Of a stretch of DNA of 64,000 bases, positions 16,895 to 25,722 are shown piece after piece. The notes beneath the pieces are model-generated. The model did no database searches. It had not been told where the DNA came from and saw only the letters and a program-made list of their open reading frames with translations. Every line of letters starts with the position of its first letter. Position 1 is the first letter of the stretch. Where the stretch lies: positions 5,759 through 69,758 of the forward strand of contig JADZEW010000010.1 in assembly GCA_020850325.1 (NCBI GenBank), read 5' to 3'. Both the position numbers and the translations under genes were made by a program. The stretch comes from Methanoregulaceae archaeon (GTDB taxonomy: Bacteria; Armatimonadota; Fimbriimonadia; Fimbriimonadales; Fimbriimonadaceae).

Positions 16895-17034
16895 AAGGAC
16901 GCCCTCTTCCCCGGACAATCACCCGCGGAGAGGGGAAATCGGAGCTCCGCGAACCTAAATCCGCCAAACCTAAAGTTCATTGTCAGGTTTGAACCCTGAG
17001 GCTGGCAAAGTTACCTGCCGAAGCTGATGGTGGG

Positions 17035-17757
17035 ATGAACCGCGGAATTTATGCGACGGCCACCGGAATGCTCACCGCCCAGCAGGCGATGGACGTGCTG
17101 ACCCATAACCTCGCGAACGTTTCCACCAACGGATACAAGCGGGACGGGCTGGCGTTCAACGATGCCTTGGTGCGCGAGCTGAACTGGGACGGCAAGCCGA
17201 TCGGTTCGCTCGGTGCCGGGGCTTCGCCCATCGAGCAGTACACCAGCTTCGAGGCGGGCAGCATCAACGAGACCCGCAACCCCCTCGACGTGGCGATCCT
17301 CGGCGAACGCGGCATGTTCGCGGTCCGCGCTCAGGGCCAGATCGCATACACCCGAAACGGTGCTTTCAGCCTCGATCCGCAGCGCAGGCTGGTGACCCAA
17401 GAAGGTCACCCGGTACTCGACCCGCAAGGGCGAGACATCGTGTTGCCCGAGGGACAGATCGCCATCGCCACTGACGGCTCGATCCTGGTGGGTGGCGACC
17501 CACAGGCCCAGATTGGAGTTTTCGACGCCGCCGGCTTTAGGAAGCTCGGCAGCACTTTGTTCAACGCCAGCGGCCCGGCAACCCCGGTCGCCGCCCCGAC
17601 CCTGAAGAGCGGTGCGCTCGAAGGCTCGAACGTCAACGCGGTGGAGTCGATGGTTCAAATGATCCAGCTCAGCCGCCAGTTCGAGATGAGCCAGCGCTCG
17701 ATCGTCTCCCAAGACGAACTGACGCAACGACTGATTCAAAGCCTCCAAGACAGGTAA
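17035..17757 (+). CDS. flgF: flagellar basal-body rod protein FlgF
   Basis: 240 aa. N-terminal AMDVLTHNLANVSTNGYK and C-terminal LEGSNVN rod-protein motifs. Confidence 0.9.
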   Translation: MNRGIYATATGMLTAQQAMDVLTHNLANVSTNGYKRDGLAFNDALVRELNWDGKPIGSLGAGASPIEQYTSFEAGSINETRNPLDVAILGERGMFAVRAQGQIAYTRNGAFSLDPQRRLVTQEGHPVLDPQGRDIVLPEGQIAIATDGSILVGGDPQAQIGVFDAAGFRKLGSTLFNASGPATPVAAPTLKSGALEGSNVNAVESMVQMIQLSRQFEMSQRSIVSQDELTQRLIQSLQDR

Positions 17758-17844
17758 CTCGGCCGGACCCTGAGGTGACTCAGGGAGCCTCTCAGCGCGA
17801 TGGATTGCGCGCTGAACCTGCTCACGGATGGCGAAGATACGAAC

Positions 17845-17912
17845 TGTTGAGTGTTGAATGTCGAGTGTCGAATGTGGTCGATTAACCACATTCAACATCC
17901 CACATCCCGCAC
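17845..17912. repeat. REP-like imperfect hairpin repeat, family A, copy 1 (flgF-flgG spacer)
   Basis: The G/U-rich arm gtgttgaatgtcgagtgtcgaatgtgg (17851-77) pairs with the C/A-rich arm ccacattcaacatcccacatcccgcac (17886-912). About 20 Watson-Crick plus 2 G-U pairs out of 27. Shares tgagtgttgaatgtcga and cacatcccacatccc with copy 2. Confidence 0.75.
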
Positions 17913-17936
17913 GCTCCAAGGAGAACCTCGCCGAAT

Positions 17937-18722
17937 ATGATGCGATCGCTAAATACGGCGGCCAGTGGAATGGTCGTCCAACAAAGAAATCTGGATGTCA
18001 TCGCGAACAACTTGTCGAACGTCAACACGACGGGCTTTAAGTCGCAGCGAGCCGAGTTCCAGGACTTGATGTACCAAACCACGCGCGCCTCGGGTGCGCA
18101 GTCGGGAACCGCCCAGCAGCCCACATCGGTGCAGGTCGGTCTCGGTTCGCAGTTTGTTTCGACGTCCGGCAACTACGGCCAGGGCGCCATCCAGCCGACG
18201 AACAACCCCTACGACCTCGCGATCACCGGCGACGGCTTCTTCAAGGTCGACATGCCCGACGGCACAACCGCCTACTCGCGGGATGGCAGCTTCAAAGTGA
18301 ACGCCAATGGCGAACTGGTGACCAGCGACGGCTATGCACTATCGCCAAGCATCACCGTGCCGAATGGCGCGACCGCGCTATACGTCTCGGCCAACGGATC
18401 GGTGAGCGCCCGCGTGCCTGGGCAAGATGAGCCGCAGGAACTCGGCACCGTGAGCATTACGGTCTTCCCGAACCCGGCGGGCCTGACCCGCATCGGCCAG
18501 AACTTGTATCTGGGCGGGGGCGCGAGCGGCACCGGCGAGGACAAGACCCCGGGCCAAGAAGGGGCCGGCACGATCGTCCAGGGCGCCCTCGAAAGCTCTA
18601 ACGTCGAGATCGTGTTCGAGATGGTGCGGATGATCACCGCGCAGCGCGCCTACGAGATCAACTCCAAGGCGATCCAAACCTCAGATGAGATGCTCGGCAT
18701 CCTGAACAACCTTAAGCGATAA
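17937..18722 (+). CDS. flgG: flagellar basal-body distal rod protein FlgG
   Basis: 261 aa. NLDVIANNLSNVNTTGFK, GALESSNVEIV, AYEINSK. Confidence 0.95.
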   Translation: MMRSLNTAASGMVVQQRNLDVIANNLSNVNTTGFKSQRAEFQDLMYQTTRASGAQSGTAQQPTSVQVGLGSQFVSTSGNYGQGAIQPTNNPYDLAITGDGFFKVDMPDGTTAYSRDGSFKVNANGELVTSDGYALSPSITVPNGATALYVSANGSVSARVPGQDEPQELGTVSITVFPNPAGLTRIGQNLYLGGGASGTGEDKTPGQEGAGTIVQGALESSNVEIVFEMVRMITAQRAYEINSKAIQTSDEMLGILNNLKR

Positions 18723-18725
18723 GCC

Positions 18726-19883
18726 ATGAACTTCCTTTCCCTCCTGGTGACTTGGGTGGCGGCGATAACGCCGATCACGGTCAGCGTCGAAGGCGACGGC
18801 TACCTGCGCCTGCTGCGCGAAGGGCGTGCGGTCTACGCCAAATCGGCGACCTTGACCGTCCTCGCCGATGGCCGGCTGGGCACAACCGCCGGCGACCCAG
18901 TTCTGCCGACGCTGAGCGTTCCCGCGGGCACGCAGTCGCTCGAGATCGACCTCGAAGGAAACGTGATTTCAGTGGGGGCTTCCCGCGCACCCATCGGCCG
19001 GTTGGTGCTCGCTCTCTTTCCTGCTGGAGCGTCGCTCCAGGACCGAGGCGGCGTTCTCCTCGCTGCCGACCGCCCGAAGCTCGGCAATCCCGGTGAGGGC
19101 TCGAACGGCGTCACCCGTACGGGCAAGCTATCCGCACAGCTGCCCACGACGAGCGGCCAATCCGCCATCCCGATCGCCACTGGCAAGGCCCGCGTGACCG
19201 CCCGCGCCGAAGCTGAAGTCTCTGGCAATACGGTCCGACTGGGCGACTTGGCGACGATCGAAGCGCCCGAGCCGCTGCGAGCAACCCTTGCCCAGCTGGA
19301 CCTCGGCGACACCCCCGCCTTTGGCGTACGACGGGTCTACGACCGCACCCGCATTGCAGCTCGGCTGAAGTCTGCCGGCATTCCCGTCGACTCGGTCGAG
19401 TTGATCATCCCCGCTAGCGTGAACGTCACTCGGCGGGCCCAAACGATTCCCCACTCGGCCTTTATTGCCGCCGCTCAAAAGGCACTGACCGAGAATCCGG
19501 CCGCCGCCGCGCAGTATGCGAGCGATGAGGTCGCGCCCGACTTCAAGGCCCCGGTCGGTGACGCCCGTCTCGTGGTCGAGAATGTCAGCGGGCTGAACAC
19601 CAGCGCCTGCTCGATCAAGATCGCGGTGTTCGTCGATGGTAAGCGCATCAACTCGCGCACCGTCCGACTTACCGCCACCGCTTTGCCCGAGATGATCAAA
19701 GCCGGCTCGCCGGTCAAGGTTCGGATCATCGCGGGAGGGGCGCTGGTCGAGATGAGCGGCATTGCCCGCACCGCCGGCAAGGTCGGCGATCAGATTTCCG
19801 TTGAAGTGCGGCCCGACGGGGCCGAGAAGACCCTGCACCTGGCGCGCATCATCGCCGCCGGCGTCGTGGAGGTGAAGTTATGA
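18726..19883 (+). CDS. flgA: FlgA (P-ring assembly chaperone, SAF/ChapFlgA C-terminus) with N-terminal rod-protein-like core domain
   Basis: The C-terminal ~200 aa are FlgA-like (NTVRLGDLATIE, IKAGSPVKV...GKVGDQISVE). The N-terminal ~130 aa align with the FlgF/FlgG core in this same window (GDGY..Y.K....DG.L....G.PVL..L.VP.G...L.I...G.V...IG.L.L..F). Confidence 0.8.
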   Translation: MNFLSLLVTWVAAITPITVSVEGDGYLRLLREGRAVYAKSATLTVLADGRLGTTAGDPVLPTLSVPAGTQSLEIDLEGNVISVGASRAPIGRLVLALFPAGASLQDRGGVLLAADRPKLGNPGEGSNGVTRTGKLSAQLPTTSGQSAIPIATGKARVTARAEAEVSGNTVRLGDLATIEAPEPLRATLAQLDLGDTPAFGVRRVYDRTRIAARLKSAGIPVDSVELIIPASVNVTRRAQTIPHSAFIAAAQKALTENPAAAAQYASDEVAPDFKAPVGDARLVVENVSGLNTSACSIKIAVFVDGKRINSRTVRLTATALPEMIKAGSPVKVRIIAGGALVEMSGIARTAGKVGDQISVEVRPDGAEKTLHLARIIAAGVVEVKL

Positions 19884-20476
19884 AACGCATCTGCATTCTG
19901 ATTCTGGCAACGCTGGCCGTAGCGGCTGGCGCACAAGATCCGACCAAGGGCACCAACCCAGGCTCGCTGTGGTCGAACAAGGCCCCCGACATCCTGGCCG
20001 ATCGTACGGCTCGGCGGGTCGGCGATGTGGTCACGATCCTCATCACCGAAACCTCGTCCGCAACCTACAGCGCGGCTACCAACGCCACCAAGAACGACGC
20101 GACCTCGATCGCGAAGGGACTGGGACCTATCCTCGGCAACCTGATTCCCAACTTGAGGATCGGCGCGGACTCGAAGGTGGATGGCCAAGGTCAAACGAGG
20201 CAGTCCGGTGAACTCAGCGCCCGCATCGCCGTGGTGATCAAGGAGGTGCTTCCGAACGGGACCATGCTCGTCGAGGGCACCAAAGCGATCACGACCAACA
20301 AGGAGACCCAGAACATCATGATCTCAGGCCTCATCCGACGCGAGGACATCCGCCCTGACAACACGATTCTCAGCGTCCACGTCGCCAACGCCCAAATCAA
20401 AACCGATGGCAAGGGCATGATCGCGCAGCGCCAGCGCAAGGGCATCTTGACCTGGCTGCTCGACTGGATGTTCTAG
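19880..20476 (+). CDS. flgH: flagellar L-ring protein FlgH
   Basis: 198 aa. GSLW, DRTARRVGDVVTILI, NGTMLVEGTK...ISG motifs. ATGA overlap with flgA. The signal peptide lacks a lipobox Cys. Confidence 0.92.
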   Translation: MKRICILILATLAVAAGAQDPTKGTNPGSLWSNKAPDILADRTARRVGDVVTILITETSSATYSAATNATKNDATSIAKGLGPILGNLIPNLRIGADSKVDGQGQTRQSGELSARIAVVIKEVLPNGTMLVEGTKAITTNKETQNIMISGLIRREDIRPDNTILSVHVANAQIKTDGKGMIAQRQRKGILTWLLDWMF

Positions 20477-20483
20477 GAGAACC

Positions 20484-21695
20484 ATGAAGACTCTTGTGAC
20501 TCTGTTGCTTTCGATTGCTCTGGTCGGCCTAATGTCGGCTCAGACCGCGACGACCAAGAACGACGACCCCGGCGCCGCAGCGAGACAGCAGCAACTCGAG
20601 TTGCTCCGCCAAGCCGAAGAGGCGCGTCGGAAGGCGATCATCGACGCCGAGCTCAACGGTATCGAGGTGCGCGTCAAGGACGTAGCCCGGTTCCGTGGCG
20701 TGCGCAACAACCAGCTTCAAGGCATCGGGCTCATCGTCGGCCTCAATGGCACCGGCGACACTAAGAACACGCCGTTCACCGCCACGCTGCTCGCCAATGC
20801 GATGCGCGAAAGGACGGTGATCGACCCCAAGCAGCTGAAGTCAAAGAATGTGGCGGTGGTCTTTGTCACCGCTGAACTGCCTGCCTTTGCCTCACCCGGC
20901 AACCGCATCGACATCTCCGTACAATCCGGAGGCGACGCGACCTCGCTCCAAGGCGGCTACCTGCTCCGAACTCCGCTCTACGGCCCTGCCGATGCCGAAA
21001 CCGCCTACGCGGTGGCGATGGGCCCGGTCAGCATCGGCGGATTCAACGTCTCAAGCGGCGGCTCCAGCGTGCAAAAGAACCACACAACCGTGGGTCGGCT
21101 ACCCGAGATGGGCATTGTCGAGCAGTCGGTCGCAACTGAGATCGTTTTCGCTGGCAAGCTCTATCTCGAGCTTCATCAGGCCGACCTCACGACGGCCCAG
21201 CGCTTGGCGGCCAAGCTCAACGAGACTCGCCCCGAGTACGCGGCGATGGCGCTCGATGGCGGCACCGTCCAGCTGAATCTGCCCGAAGGCAAGTCGCCCG
21301 TCCAAGCGATGAGCGACATCGAGGGCATCCGGTTTATGAGCGACACCGAGGCGACGGTCGTGATCTCCGAGAACACCGGCACGATCGTGATGGGCGGCAA
21401 CGTCCGGCTCGGCCCGGCGGTGGTGGGCAAAGGCAGCCTGACCATCCGCATCGAGCAGGAACTGCTGATCTCTCAGCCCGGCCCGTTCAGCCGCGGCACG
21501 ACCGTGGTTGCAGAACAGACCCGCGTCGAGGCTCAGGAAGACCCTGCGCAGGTGACAATGATGGGGCCGACGACGACGGTTGCCGACCTTGCCCGCATCT
21601 TCCAGGCGCTGAGAATCAGCGCCACCGACATGATCGCCATCCTGCAGGCCCTGCGAGCGCAGGGCGCCCTCAAGGCGAGGATTCGAGTGCAATGA
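20484..21695 (+). CDS. flgI: flagellar P-ring protein FlgI
   Basis: 403 aa. VRNNQLQGIGLIVGLNGTGD, TPLYGPAD, ILQALRAQGALKA. Confidence 0.95.
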   Translation: MKTLVTLLLSIALVGLMSAQTATTKNDDPGAAARQQQLELLRQAEEARRKAIIDAELNGIEVRVKDVARFRGVRNNQLQGIGLIVGLNGTGDTKNTPFTATLLANAMRERTVIDPKQLKSKNVAVVFVTAELPAFASPGNRIDISVQSGGDATSLQGGYLLRTPLYGPADAETAYAVAMGPVSIGGFNVSSGGSSVQKNHTTVGRLPEMGIVEQSVATEIVFAGKLYLELHQADLTTAQRLAAKLNETRPEYAAMALDGGTVQLNLPEGKSPVQAMSDIEGIRFMSDTEATVVISENTGTIVMGGNVRLGPAVVGKGSLTIRIEQELLISQPGPFSRGTTVVAEQTRVEAQEDPAQVTMMGPTTTVADLARIFQALRISATDMIAILQALRAQGALKARIRVQ

Positions 21696-21985
21696 GACTA
21701 GATGGACTTTCCAAAGCCGCCGCGGCCGCATCCACGGCCGCCCCGAAAATCGCCGAACTGCGCAAGGCTGGCGAAGGCATCGAGGCCATGTTCGTCCGGC
21801 AGCTCATGAGCGAGATGCAGAAAGGCACCAAGCTCTTCGGCGAAGGCCAAGCAGGCAGCGTCTACGGCGACCTCTTCAATGAGGCGCTCGCTAAGCAAGT
21901 CGCCGGACGAGGCGCCTTCGGCATCGCCGACATGATGGTAAAGCAAGCCGCTCCGCGGATCGTGGCGGAAGCGATGAAGAAGTGA
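21692..21985 (+). CDS. flgJ: flagellar rod-binding protein (FlgJ N-terminal domain only, no muramidase)
   Basis: 97 aa. Rod_binding pattern GIEAMFVRQLMSEMQKG...YGDLFNEALAKQVAGRGAFGIADMM. Confidence 0.85.
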   Translation: MRLDGLSKAAAAASTAAPKIAELRKAGEGIEAMFVRQLMSEMQKGTKLFGEGQAGSVYGDLFNEALAKQVAGRGAFGIADMMVKQAAPRIVAEAMKK

Positions 21986-21995
21986 ATGACGAATG

Positions 21996-22080
21996 CTGAG
22001 TGTTGAATGTCGAATGTCGCTTGACTAACGTTCCAGCCACATCCCACATCCCACATCCCACAAACCACATACCCAACCCA
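21996..22080. repeat. REP-like repeat, family A, copy 2, with (CACATCC)x3 heptamer run (flgJ-flgN spacer)
   Basis: tgagtgttgaatgtcga (21997-22013) is identical to copy 1 (17848-17864). Right arm has three perfect CACATCC units at 22038-22058, then caca and a C/A-rich tail. Confidence 0.75.
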
Positions 22081-22083
22081 ACC

Positions 22084-22584
22084 ATGAAAACAGCAACTAA
22101 CCCAACCCATGTAACCAAGGACCTCCAGAGACTCTGGTGGGACTGGCTGGCGACCGCTGAGCGGCTCACCCGGTCACTGCACGAGCAGACCGCGGCGCTG
22201 ACGCTACGCGACGCCAATAGAGTCGCCCGGATTCAGCCGGAACTCGACACCATGCTCGAGCATATGCGCGAGATCGACGATGCCGCGGCGGCATGCGCCT
22301 TGAAGCTGGCCGAAGAGCTGGGAACCGAACCCAATCTTCGAAGCTTGGTGCGTGTTCTGGAAAAGACCGAAGCGCAGCAGGCCCAGTCGATCGCGAACCG
22401 CGTTATGGCGGCGGCCCGGAACGTCCAGCACGTTCTCGATAAGAACCGAAAGTTGATCGAGAACGAGATGGAGTTCATCCATGGCACGGTGGCGTTGGTT
22501 GCCAAAGTCGCCCAAGAGCAAAACGAACAGTATCCGCAGAAGCGAGCCCACCACGCGGCCGTTCTCGTGGACCAGGCAGCCTAA
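22084..22584 (+). CDS. flgN: FlgN-like flagellar export chaperone
   Basis: 166 aa, helical, FlgN-type pattern, positioned directly upstream of flgK-flgL. ATG 22084 was chosen because the 5' part of the track ORF lies inside the repeat. No obvious SD sequence. Confidence 0.65.
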   Translation: MKTATNPTHVTKDLQRLWWDWLATAERLTRSLHEQTAALTLRDANRVARIQPELDTMLEHMREIDDAAAACALKLAEELGTEPNLRSLVRVLEKTEAQQAQSIANRVMAAARNVQHVLDKNRKLIENEMEFIHGTVALVAKVAQEQNEQYPQKRAHHAAVLVDQAA

Positions 22585-22598
22585 AGGAGAGAACCCAG

Positions 22599-23975
22599 AT
22601 GCCAAGCCCATTCGGCGGATTGAACATGCTTGGGAACGCGCTCCGCGTGTTCCAGCGAGGGCTCGAGGTCACGGGGCACAACATCGCCAACGTGAACACC
22701 CCGGGCTACTCGCGGCAACGGATGGAGTTGGGGACCAACCGACCTGACACGGTGTTCGGCAACCGGCCGTACCTTGTTGGAACGGGCGTCAACGTCCAGA
22801 CGATCAGTCGGGCGCGCAGCCTCTTCCTCGACCGTCAGGCGAACAACGCAACGTCGGAGTTTGGTCGATACGAGACGCTCGCCATGAACCTCCAACAGGT
22901 CGAAGGGGCATTCCCCGAGCCCGGGGATAACGGCATCTCGGCGGCGCTGAACAAATTCTTCGACGCGTGGTCGGCCCTCGCCTCAAACCCCAATGATCCT
23001 GCGGCTCGACTCCAGGTTCAGTCGGCGGGGCAATCCCTCACGATGCGGGTGAGGAACACCTTCGCGGCCCTGGATTCGCAAGGCACCGAAGTCAAACGCG
23101 AGATCACGGCGACGTTTGATCAGATCGACGGACTGACCGCGCACATCGCTCAGCTCAACGAAGAGATCGTCGCGCGCCAAGCGGGCGGCGGCATCGCCAA
23201 CGACCTGCTCGATGCGCGGGACGCGGCCATTGCCGAACTCAGCGGGCTGATTCCTGTGCAGACCTACGCTCAGCCGGATGGCATGATGACCGTGTACTCG
23301 GGCGAGCGGCTGCTCGTGCCGGGATCCCAGTCGATCCCCATTCCCCGCACGTACAACGCGGCCAATCTAACCCTCTCCGACAGACAACTGACGTCGAGTG
23401 TTGGATCGGGACGACTTGCCGGGCTCATGCAGACGCTACATAGCGTGCAAACCTACCAGTCGCGGCTCGACGACCTCGCGAATCAGATGCGAACGGAGAT
23501 CAATGCGGTCCATCGCACGGGTACGACGGTCGGCGGGGCTACCGGCATCGACTTCTTCAACGCCCCCAACCCGCAAACCGGAGCGGTCGACTTTGCGCTC
23601 AGCGCGGAGGTTGCCTCCGACCCGGCGAACATCATCGCGGGTGCCTCGGGCGCGGCGGGCGACGGTAGCATTGCGCTGACGCTCAGCCGGATGCGGGGCC
23701 AAGACCTCGCCGGACTGGGGGGCAAGTCGTTTGGCGCGTTCTATACGGAACTCGTCAGCCAAGTCGGAAGGGACTCGGCCTACTATGCCGCGAGCCTCGA
23801 CTCGCAAGGTGCGGTTCTCGATCAGATCGACCAGCAGCGCCAAGCGGTGATCGGCGTAAACCTCGACGACGAGATGACCCAGATGATGCAGTACCAGCGA
23901 AGCTACCAAGCGGCGGCGCGTGCCCTATCGGTGATGGACGAAGTTGCCGAAGATTTAGTGAACATGCTCCGGTAG
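22599..23975 (+). CDS. flgK: flagellar hook-associated protein 1 FlgK
   Basis: 458 aa. LEVTGHNIANVNTPGYSRQ N-terminus and SYQAAARALSVMDE C-terminus. Confidence 0.93.
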   Translation: MPSPFGGLNMLGNALRVFQRGLEVTGHNIANVNTPGYSRQRMELGTNRPDTVFGNRPYLVGTGVNVQTISRARSLFLDRQANNATSEFGRYETLAMNLQQVEGAFPEPGDNGISAALNKFFDAWSALASNPNDPAARLQVQSAGQSLTMRVRNTFAALDSQGTEVKREITATFDQIDGLTAHIAQLNEEIVARQAGGGIANDLLDARDAAIAELSGLIPVQTYAQPDGMMTVYSGERLLVPGSQSIPIPRTYNAANLTLSDRQLTSSVGSGRLAGLMQTLHSVQTYQSRLDDLANQMRTEINAVHRTGTTVGGATGIDFFNAPNPQTGAVDFALSAEVASDPANIIAGASGAAGDGSIALTLSRMRGQDLAGLGGKSFGAFYTELVSQVGRDSAYYAASLDSQGAVLDQIDQQRQAVIGVNLDDEMTQMMQYQRSYQAAARALSVMDEVAEDLVNMLR

Positions 23976-23990
23976 TTTGACTAGGTAACC

Positions 23991-24872
23991 ATGAGGATCG
24001 GCTTTGCCCACCAATACGATGTGTACCGCAGCGATATCTCGCGGGCGCAGGGGCAATTGTTCGACAGCCAACGTCGGGTGACCACTGGCAAAAAAATCCT
24101 CAGCCTCGGCGACGACCCGGTCGGCGCCGCTTCCGCGATCGGCTTGCGCCGCCTGCGCGCGGCATCCGAGCAATACGGCAACAATCTCCTGTCAGCCAAG
24201 GGCTTTCTGGGCATGACCGAGTCGACTCTAGGTGAGATGTCGACGCTCATCAACCGAGCCAACGAACTCGCGGTCGCGGGGGCCAATGGCACGCTCGAAC
24301 AATCGGCGCGTGAAGGCATCGTACGCGAGATCACGGAGATTCAGAAGCGGCTCGTGGATCTTGGAAACACCGAGGGTCCCGGACAGCGCAAGTTGTTCTC
24401 AGGACAGCGCACCGACGCGGTTCCCTTCGTGGTCGATAACGGCACGCTGACGTATGCTGGCGACGCGAACGATCTCACTGTCGAGATCAGCGCCACCGAA
24501 ACGCTCACCATCAGCACTCAGCTGGGCACGGCCCTTCCCGGAATCTACAACGACTTGAATCGGCTCAAAGAGCACCTGCAGGGCGGAGCTACCGGCTCCA
24601 TCAGCGGCGAGAGCATCCCGGCGATGCAGCAGGCCACGAGGCAGATCACCCTTCTCCGAGCGACCGTCGGCACGCGCATGCAAGCCGTCGAGCAAGGAGT
24701 TTCTCACCACACGCGACGCATGGACGAGCTGAGTTCGCAACTCTCTGACGTGGAGGACGTGGATATGTCCGAAGCGATCCTAGACTACAAGATGGCGGAG
24801 ACGGCCTATCAGGCGGCCCTGCAGTCGGTCAGCATGATCAGCCGCCTCAGTTTGATGGACTTCATGCGATGA
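23991..24872 (+). CDS. flgL: flagellar hook-associated protein 3 FlgL
   Basis: 293 aa. Flagellin-like N and C termini (TGKKILSLGDDPVGA, ETAYQAALQSVSMISRLSLMDF). Confidence 0.9.
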   Translation: MRIGFAHQYDVYRSDISRAQGQLFDSQRRVTTGKKILSLGDDPVGAASAIGLRRLRAASEQYGNNLLSAKGFLGMTESTLGEMSTLINRANELAVAGANGTLEQSAREGIVREITEIQKRLVDLGNTEGPGQRKLFSGQRTDAVPFVVDNGTLTYAGDANDLTVEISATETLTISTQLGTALPGIYNDLNRLKEHLQGGATGSISGESIPAMQQATRQITLLRATVGTRMQAVEQGVSHHTRRMDELSSQLSDVEDVDMSEAILDYKMAETAYQAALQSVSMISRLSLMDFMR

Positions 24873-25339
24873 ACACGCTAACGGTTTTAATGGGCACCCG
24901 ATTCGGAGCCGTAGAATTTGGGGAGCTCGATGTGTTGACGATTCAAGAGGGACTCATCGGGTTTCCGACGCTCACTCAGTTCCTGCTGCTATCTCATGGC
25001 GAACAAAGCCCCTTCCAGTGGCTTCAGTCAATCGATGAACCCGGCCTCGCATTCCTGGTGGTTGACCCCGCCACGTTTGTGCCCGACTATACGCCGGAGA
25101 TCGACGACGCCCAAGCAGAAGCGCTCGCCCTGTCCGAGACCACACCGCGCCTGCTTCGGACGACCGCACGCCTGATTGGCCAGCCAGCAGAAGAACTTTC
25201 GCTCAATCTGGCCGCTCCCATCGTCCTAAATCTGGAACATCGGATCGGAAAACAAGTCGTACTGGACAACGAGGCGTATAATATTCGGCATCGGGTGAAG
25301 CTGAACTCGAATGCGGAGTGCGAAGCGCGTGCCGCGTAG
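24869..25339 (+). CDS. fliW: flagellar assembly factor FliW
   Basis: 156 aa. FGAVEF..LDVLTIQEGLIGFP...FQWLQS...FLVVDP pattern. Overlaps the flgL stop. Confidence 0.92.
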   Translation: MNTLTVLMGTRFGAVEFGELDVLTIQEGLIGFPTLTQFLLLSHGEQSPFQWLQSIDEPGLAFLVVDPATFVPDYTPEIDDAQAEALALSETTPRLLRTTARLIGQPAEELSLNLAAPIVLNLEHRIGKQVVLDNEAYNIRHRVKLNSNAECEARAA

Positions 25340-25388
25340 AAGATAACAACCGATACGCTCAGGCCGACCGCTACGGAGGGCGAAGGCA

Positions 25389-25595
25389 ATGCTGGTCCTA
25401 ACGCGAAAAGTACAACAGAGTATTGTGATCGGCGACGACATCGAGGTCGTCGTTCTTGAAGTGCGTGGGGAGCAGGTCCGCCTAGGCATCCGCGCTCCGA
25501 AGGACGTTTCCGTCCATCGGAAAGAGATTTACTCCCAGATTCACGAGGAGAATGTCGGCGCGACCGAGGCCAAGCCCGACGACTTGCCGAAGTGA
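25389..25595 (+). CDS. csrA: carbon storage/translational regulator CsrA (FliW-partner type with C-terminal extension)
   Basis: [48 protein letters not shown] plus a 20-aa tail. GGAGGG RBS. Confidence 0.95.
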   Translation: MLVLTRKVQQSIVIGDDIEVVVLEVRGEQVRLGIRAPKDVSVHRKEIYSQIHEENVGATEAKPDDLPK

Positions 25596-25604
25596 GTTTT
25601 GTTT

Positions 25605-25673
25605 CCTGAGGTCGACGGTTGCGTTGTCCCGCCGCGAAAGATCCGCGGGGACGAACCCACCCGCGGCCTCAGG
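25605..25673. repeat. GC-rich structured repeat, family B, copy 1 (csrA/mocA convergent junction; possible bidirectional terminator)
   Basis: Outer stem cctgagg (25605-11) / cctcagg (25667-73). Inner ccgcg/cgcgg stem. Core ccgcggggacgaacccacccgcggcctca is shared with 48574-48605 and partly with 52329-52350. Confidence 0.65.
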
Positions 25674-25722
25674 GAATACCTGTGATCACGATGGGAAAGG
25701 GTTGGTCGTACCCCTGCCGCAG

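Noticed and set aside
16952-16990. Direct repeat AACCTAAA x2 (16952-59, 16967-74) and AAACCT/AGGTTT dyad upstream of flgF as a regulator site
   Set aside because: The motifs are short (6-8 nt) with no second example in the window. They could easily arise by chance, so they are noted but not called.
17003-17018. Sigma-54-like promoter (cTGGCAaagttaccTGCc) upstream of flgF
   Set aside because: The GG-to-GC spacing is one nucleotide too long. The element ends 17 nt before the ATG, leaving no room for a leader with the GGTGGG ribosome-binding site.
22038-22058. (CACATCC)3 run as a possible CRISPR array or other spacer-repeat array
   Set aside because: It is only three contiguous 7-nt units with no spacers. 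It is part of repeat family A and is not a CRISPR array.
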